A DNA stretch of 58,517 nt, counting the filler, from Asterionella formosa (taxonomy: Eukaryota): assembly GCA_002256025.1 (NCBI GenBank). It is 7 parts of 7 records of this genome, joined end to end, with 100 filler letters (N's around TTAATTAATTAA, not from the genome) between each part and the next. Parts side by side here need not be neighbours in the genome. Positions count along the whole stretch, not along the records: positions 50,257 to 58,517 come from NKIB01012291.1; 6 more parts are not named here. One strand, given 5' to 3'. Position 1 is the first letter of the stretch; every line of letters begins with the position of its first letter. The notes under the pieces were generated by a model. The model was not told where the DNA came from, made no database searches, and was given only the letters and a program-made list of their open reading frames with translations. The position numbers were made by a program, and so were the translations under genes. Of the stretch, positions 55,830 to 58,517 are shown piece after piece.

Positions 55830-58149
55830 TGTTGGTCTCTTTGTTTGGTTTTTGCTTGTTGCTTTATGAGTCGTCACACCTCTCCCGCTGTATAGGCAAT
55901 ATTACTGCGATTTATTGGTTTTAGCCCTGATCCTAATTATATTTTTGCCATGTTACCGGTAGTGCAGCTATAGCTATATGTATATATACACCGGTTGATA
56001 AAACATTGTATTACCGGTACTCACTAGACTACCGGTATACTTTTTCCTATTCGTGAAACCTGTGTGGACTTTACCGTTGCGATACTCCTTTGCTTTCTGC
56101 ACGAATCAATGTAGGTCCCTGTAGTATGTCCACATCAATATCAGGGACGACGAGCGATAGATTCGGTTTCTCATTTGTACGGTACCAGGTACCTGGTAGT
56201 ATGTCCAAATTAAAATCAGGGACGACGATAGATTCGGTTTCTCATGGTACCTGGTACCAGGTACCGGTATTCATGAGCTACCGGTAGGCAGTTTTATCAA
56301 ACCATCAGCAGCAGACGATTCGATGTTCGACATCAGCACATACCGGTACATATGTGCATGTGCACAACATACATCCTGGTGGAAGTGGGAATTTTAGGTT
56401 AAATTGTTACCGGGAACTGCCCCTGAGGGTCATTTTAGTTTATTCCGCACCTAAAATTCAAGAAATGTTTGAGAGTATTTTCTCGTCCTACAGACAAATG
56501 ATGGTACAAGGATACCGACAAAGTAAAACTTCCATTTCCGCTCTTGGAATTTTGTTAGCTGCGGAAAAACCTATCTTTATATNNNNNNNNNNNNNNNNNN
56601 NNNNNNNNNNNNNNNNNNNNNNNNNNNNNNNNNNNNNNNNNNNNNNNNNNNNNNNNNNNNNNNNNNNNNNNNNNNNNNNNNNNNNNNNNNNNNNNNNNNN
56701 NNNNNNNNNNNNNNNNNNNNNNNNNNNNNNNNNNNNNNNNNNNNNNNNNNNNNNNNNNNNNNNNNNNNNNNNNNNNNNNNNNNNNNNNNNNNNNNNNNNN
56801 NNNNNNNNNNNNNNNNNNNNNNNNNNNNNNNNNNNNNNNNNNNNNNNNNNNNNNNNNNNNNNNNNNNNNNNNNNNNNNNNNNNNNNNNNNNNNNNNNNNN
56901 NNNNNNNNNNNNNNNNNNNNNNNNNNNNNNNNNNNNNNNNNNNNNNNNNNNNNNNNNNNNNNNNNNNNNNNNNNNNNNNNNNNNNNNNNNNNNNNNNNNN
57001 NNNNNNNNNNNNNNNNNNNNNNNNNNNNNNNNNNNNNNNNNNNNNNNNNNNNNNNNNNNNNNNNNNNNNNNNNNNNNNNNNNNNNNNNNNNNNNNNNNNN
57101 NNNNNNNNNNNNNNNNNNNNNNNNNNNNNNNNNNNNNNNNNNNNNNNNNNNNNNNNNNNNNNNNNNNNNNNNNNNNNNNNNNNNNGATCTACAGTTTGCC
57201 ACAGTTCACTTTTGTCATTGTTATGGATGTGCTCATTTGTACAAAGCGACGATCGCTTATCACAGCAATCAACCGAAGTCCATGCTGTCTCGTTGATCTC
57301 TGAAATACTAGCTAGTATGCAGCAAGATTTCAAGTGGCTGAACTTTGGGTTGTAGTCTGTTTTGACGGTTGCATGTTAGTAATGTGACCACCATTCTAAC
57401 AGCTCATTTCATGTGTGGATGTGATTTTAAAAAAGAATGTTGACAACTAGACATCATAAAAGCCATGGAAATGATCGTTTGTTAACTATGTAGTCATCTG
57501 ATTTTTTCTGTGCACTATCATCCAAGCAACAAGCCTAGTAGCTATAGAGTCATACTTCTTCATCTTCATTGCCAATTCAAGCGATATTGCTTGCCAGCTA
57601 TCATCGATTAACCACCCTGTTTTCATTGCTAGAAAAACCGTTCGAATGTGTTCATCTATTAATTAACGATTTCAAGTTTTTAAACTCTGACGCATTTTTG
57701 AGCTATTGTTGAATTGAAACAAGCTTTCCGGATTCCCTATCACCATGTCATGAATATTTGTCACCAGAAATTCCAGTGATTGCTGAGTGTTCGGAATTAC
57801 TTTTTCGCTGTGACTGAACATGGATGATAAACAAGACATGATTGTTACATTGATAGGTTCATGCATGATTACTCGAATTCCAGTTCCTATTTTTGCTACA
57901 TAATGTTAGTCTAGTCTTCTGGTACTTCATTCTATAGAAAATGATTGTATATTCCTTGCAAGCTTATGGTTGCCTCATTATGGATAAGATCATGCATAAA
58001 ACCCCTCTGTTTAATCAAATTTTAAAATGTACTTGAATGTGCTGATTAAGGCGCTGGCTTTGTACTAGTTACACCAAGCTTAGTATAATTCTATACTTGA
58101 TTGAACATCATTATTAAAGTAATAGAGAATATGGTTTCATCTGACACTC

Positions 58150-58517
58150 TGATGATGATATTCTTAAGACAGTCAATAGCCACCGGCTAGGCTTAAAATA
58201 TGCTGATGAGGACAAATCGGCAATTGATTTACATGAAACTGAGAAAACCAAGCCCATCTCCAAAACAATTCGCCCTCAATTGTCTACATACTCTGATTAT
58301 GGAAAAAATCGTGATGGCTTCTGGAACTACAATCATATGGCTGTTGTGTCAAGTCGAAGAGAAATTTTATGTTTTAAAGATAATGCCGCATCAATCTTAT
58401 AAGTTTGTTTAACTATTTGATATCTCATCAGGCATCCAGGTTATTCAAAGCAGCAACCTGATGGAGTGAATTCAATACAAATGAATAGTAGCTATGGTGG
58501 CAAGAATTCCATTATGC
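58150..58517 (+). mobile_element. Degenerate DDE-type transposase fragment
   Basis: YGKNRDGFWNYNHM, then after frameshifts FD.SSG and PDGVNS..MNSSYGG..SIM, a motif series I recall from algal and fungal IS630/Tc1-related transposases. Runs off the window end. Confidence 0.45.

Overview
Eukaryotic, AT-rich genomic DNA, very likely from a diatom or related stramenopile (short GT-AG introns, bipartite plastid-type presequences, diatom-type Copia and Gypsy elements). It is not one locus. Seven unrelated scaffolds of about 8.26-8.29 kb, roughly size-sorted, are joined by artificial 100-bp N44-TTAATTAATTAA-N44 linkers, so adjacency across linkers means nothing. Recognisable genes: She9/Mdm33, a presequence-bearing Tim17/PRAT-family protein, a GH99 endo-mannosidase-like protein, a SET-domain protein, eIF5B, a TrhO-type rhodanese fused to a class-I O-methyltransferase, an ARM/LRR mosaic protein, EMC4, MEMO1, a p24/GOLD protein, a two-pore channel and two tandem YbjQ-domain paralogs. 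The rest is rich in transposon debris (Ty3/Gypsy pol with 3' LTR, two Copia 5' ends, a probable solo LTR, Plavaka-like and other DDE relics, LINE 3' remnants, MITEs). The most interesting item is the apparently organelle-targeted TrhO + O-methyltransferase fusion, which could be a one-polypeptide U34 -> ho5U -> mo5U tRNA wobble-modification pathway. All family assignments come from motifs recognised by eye; no searches were run.
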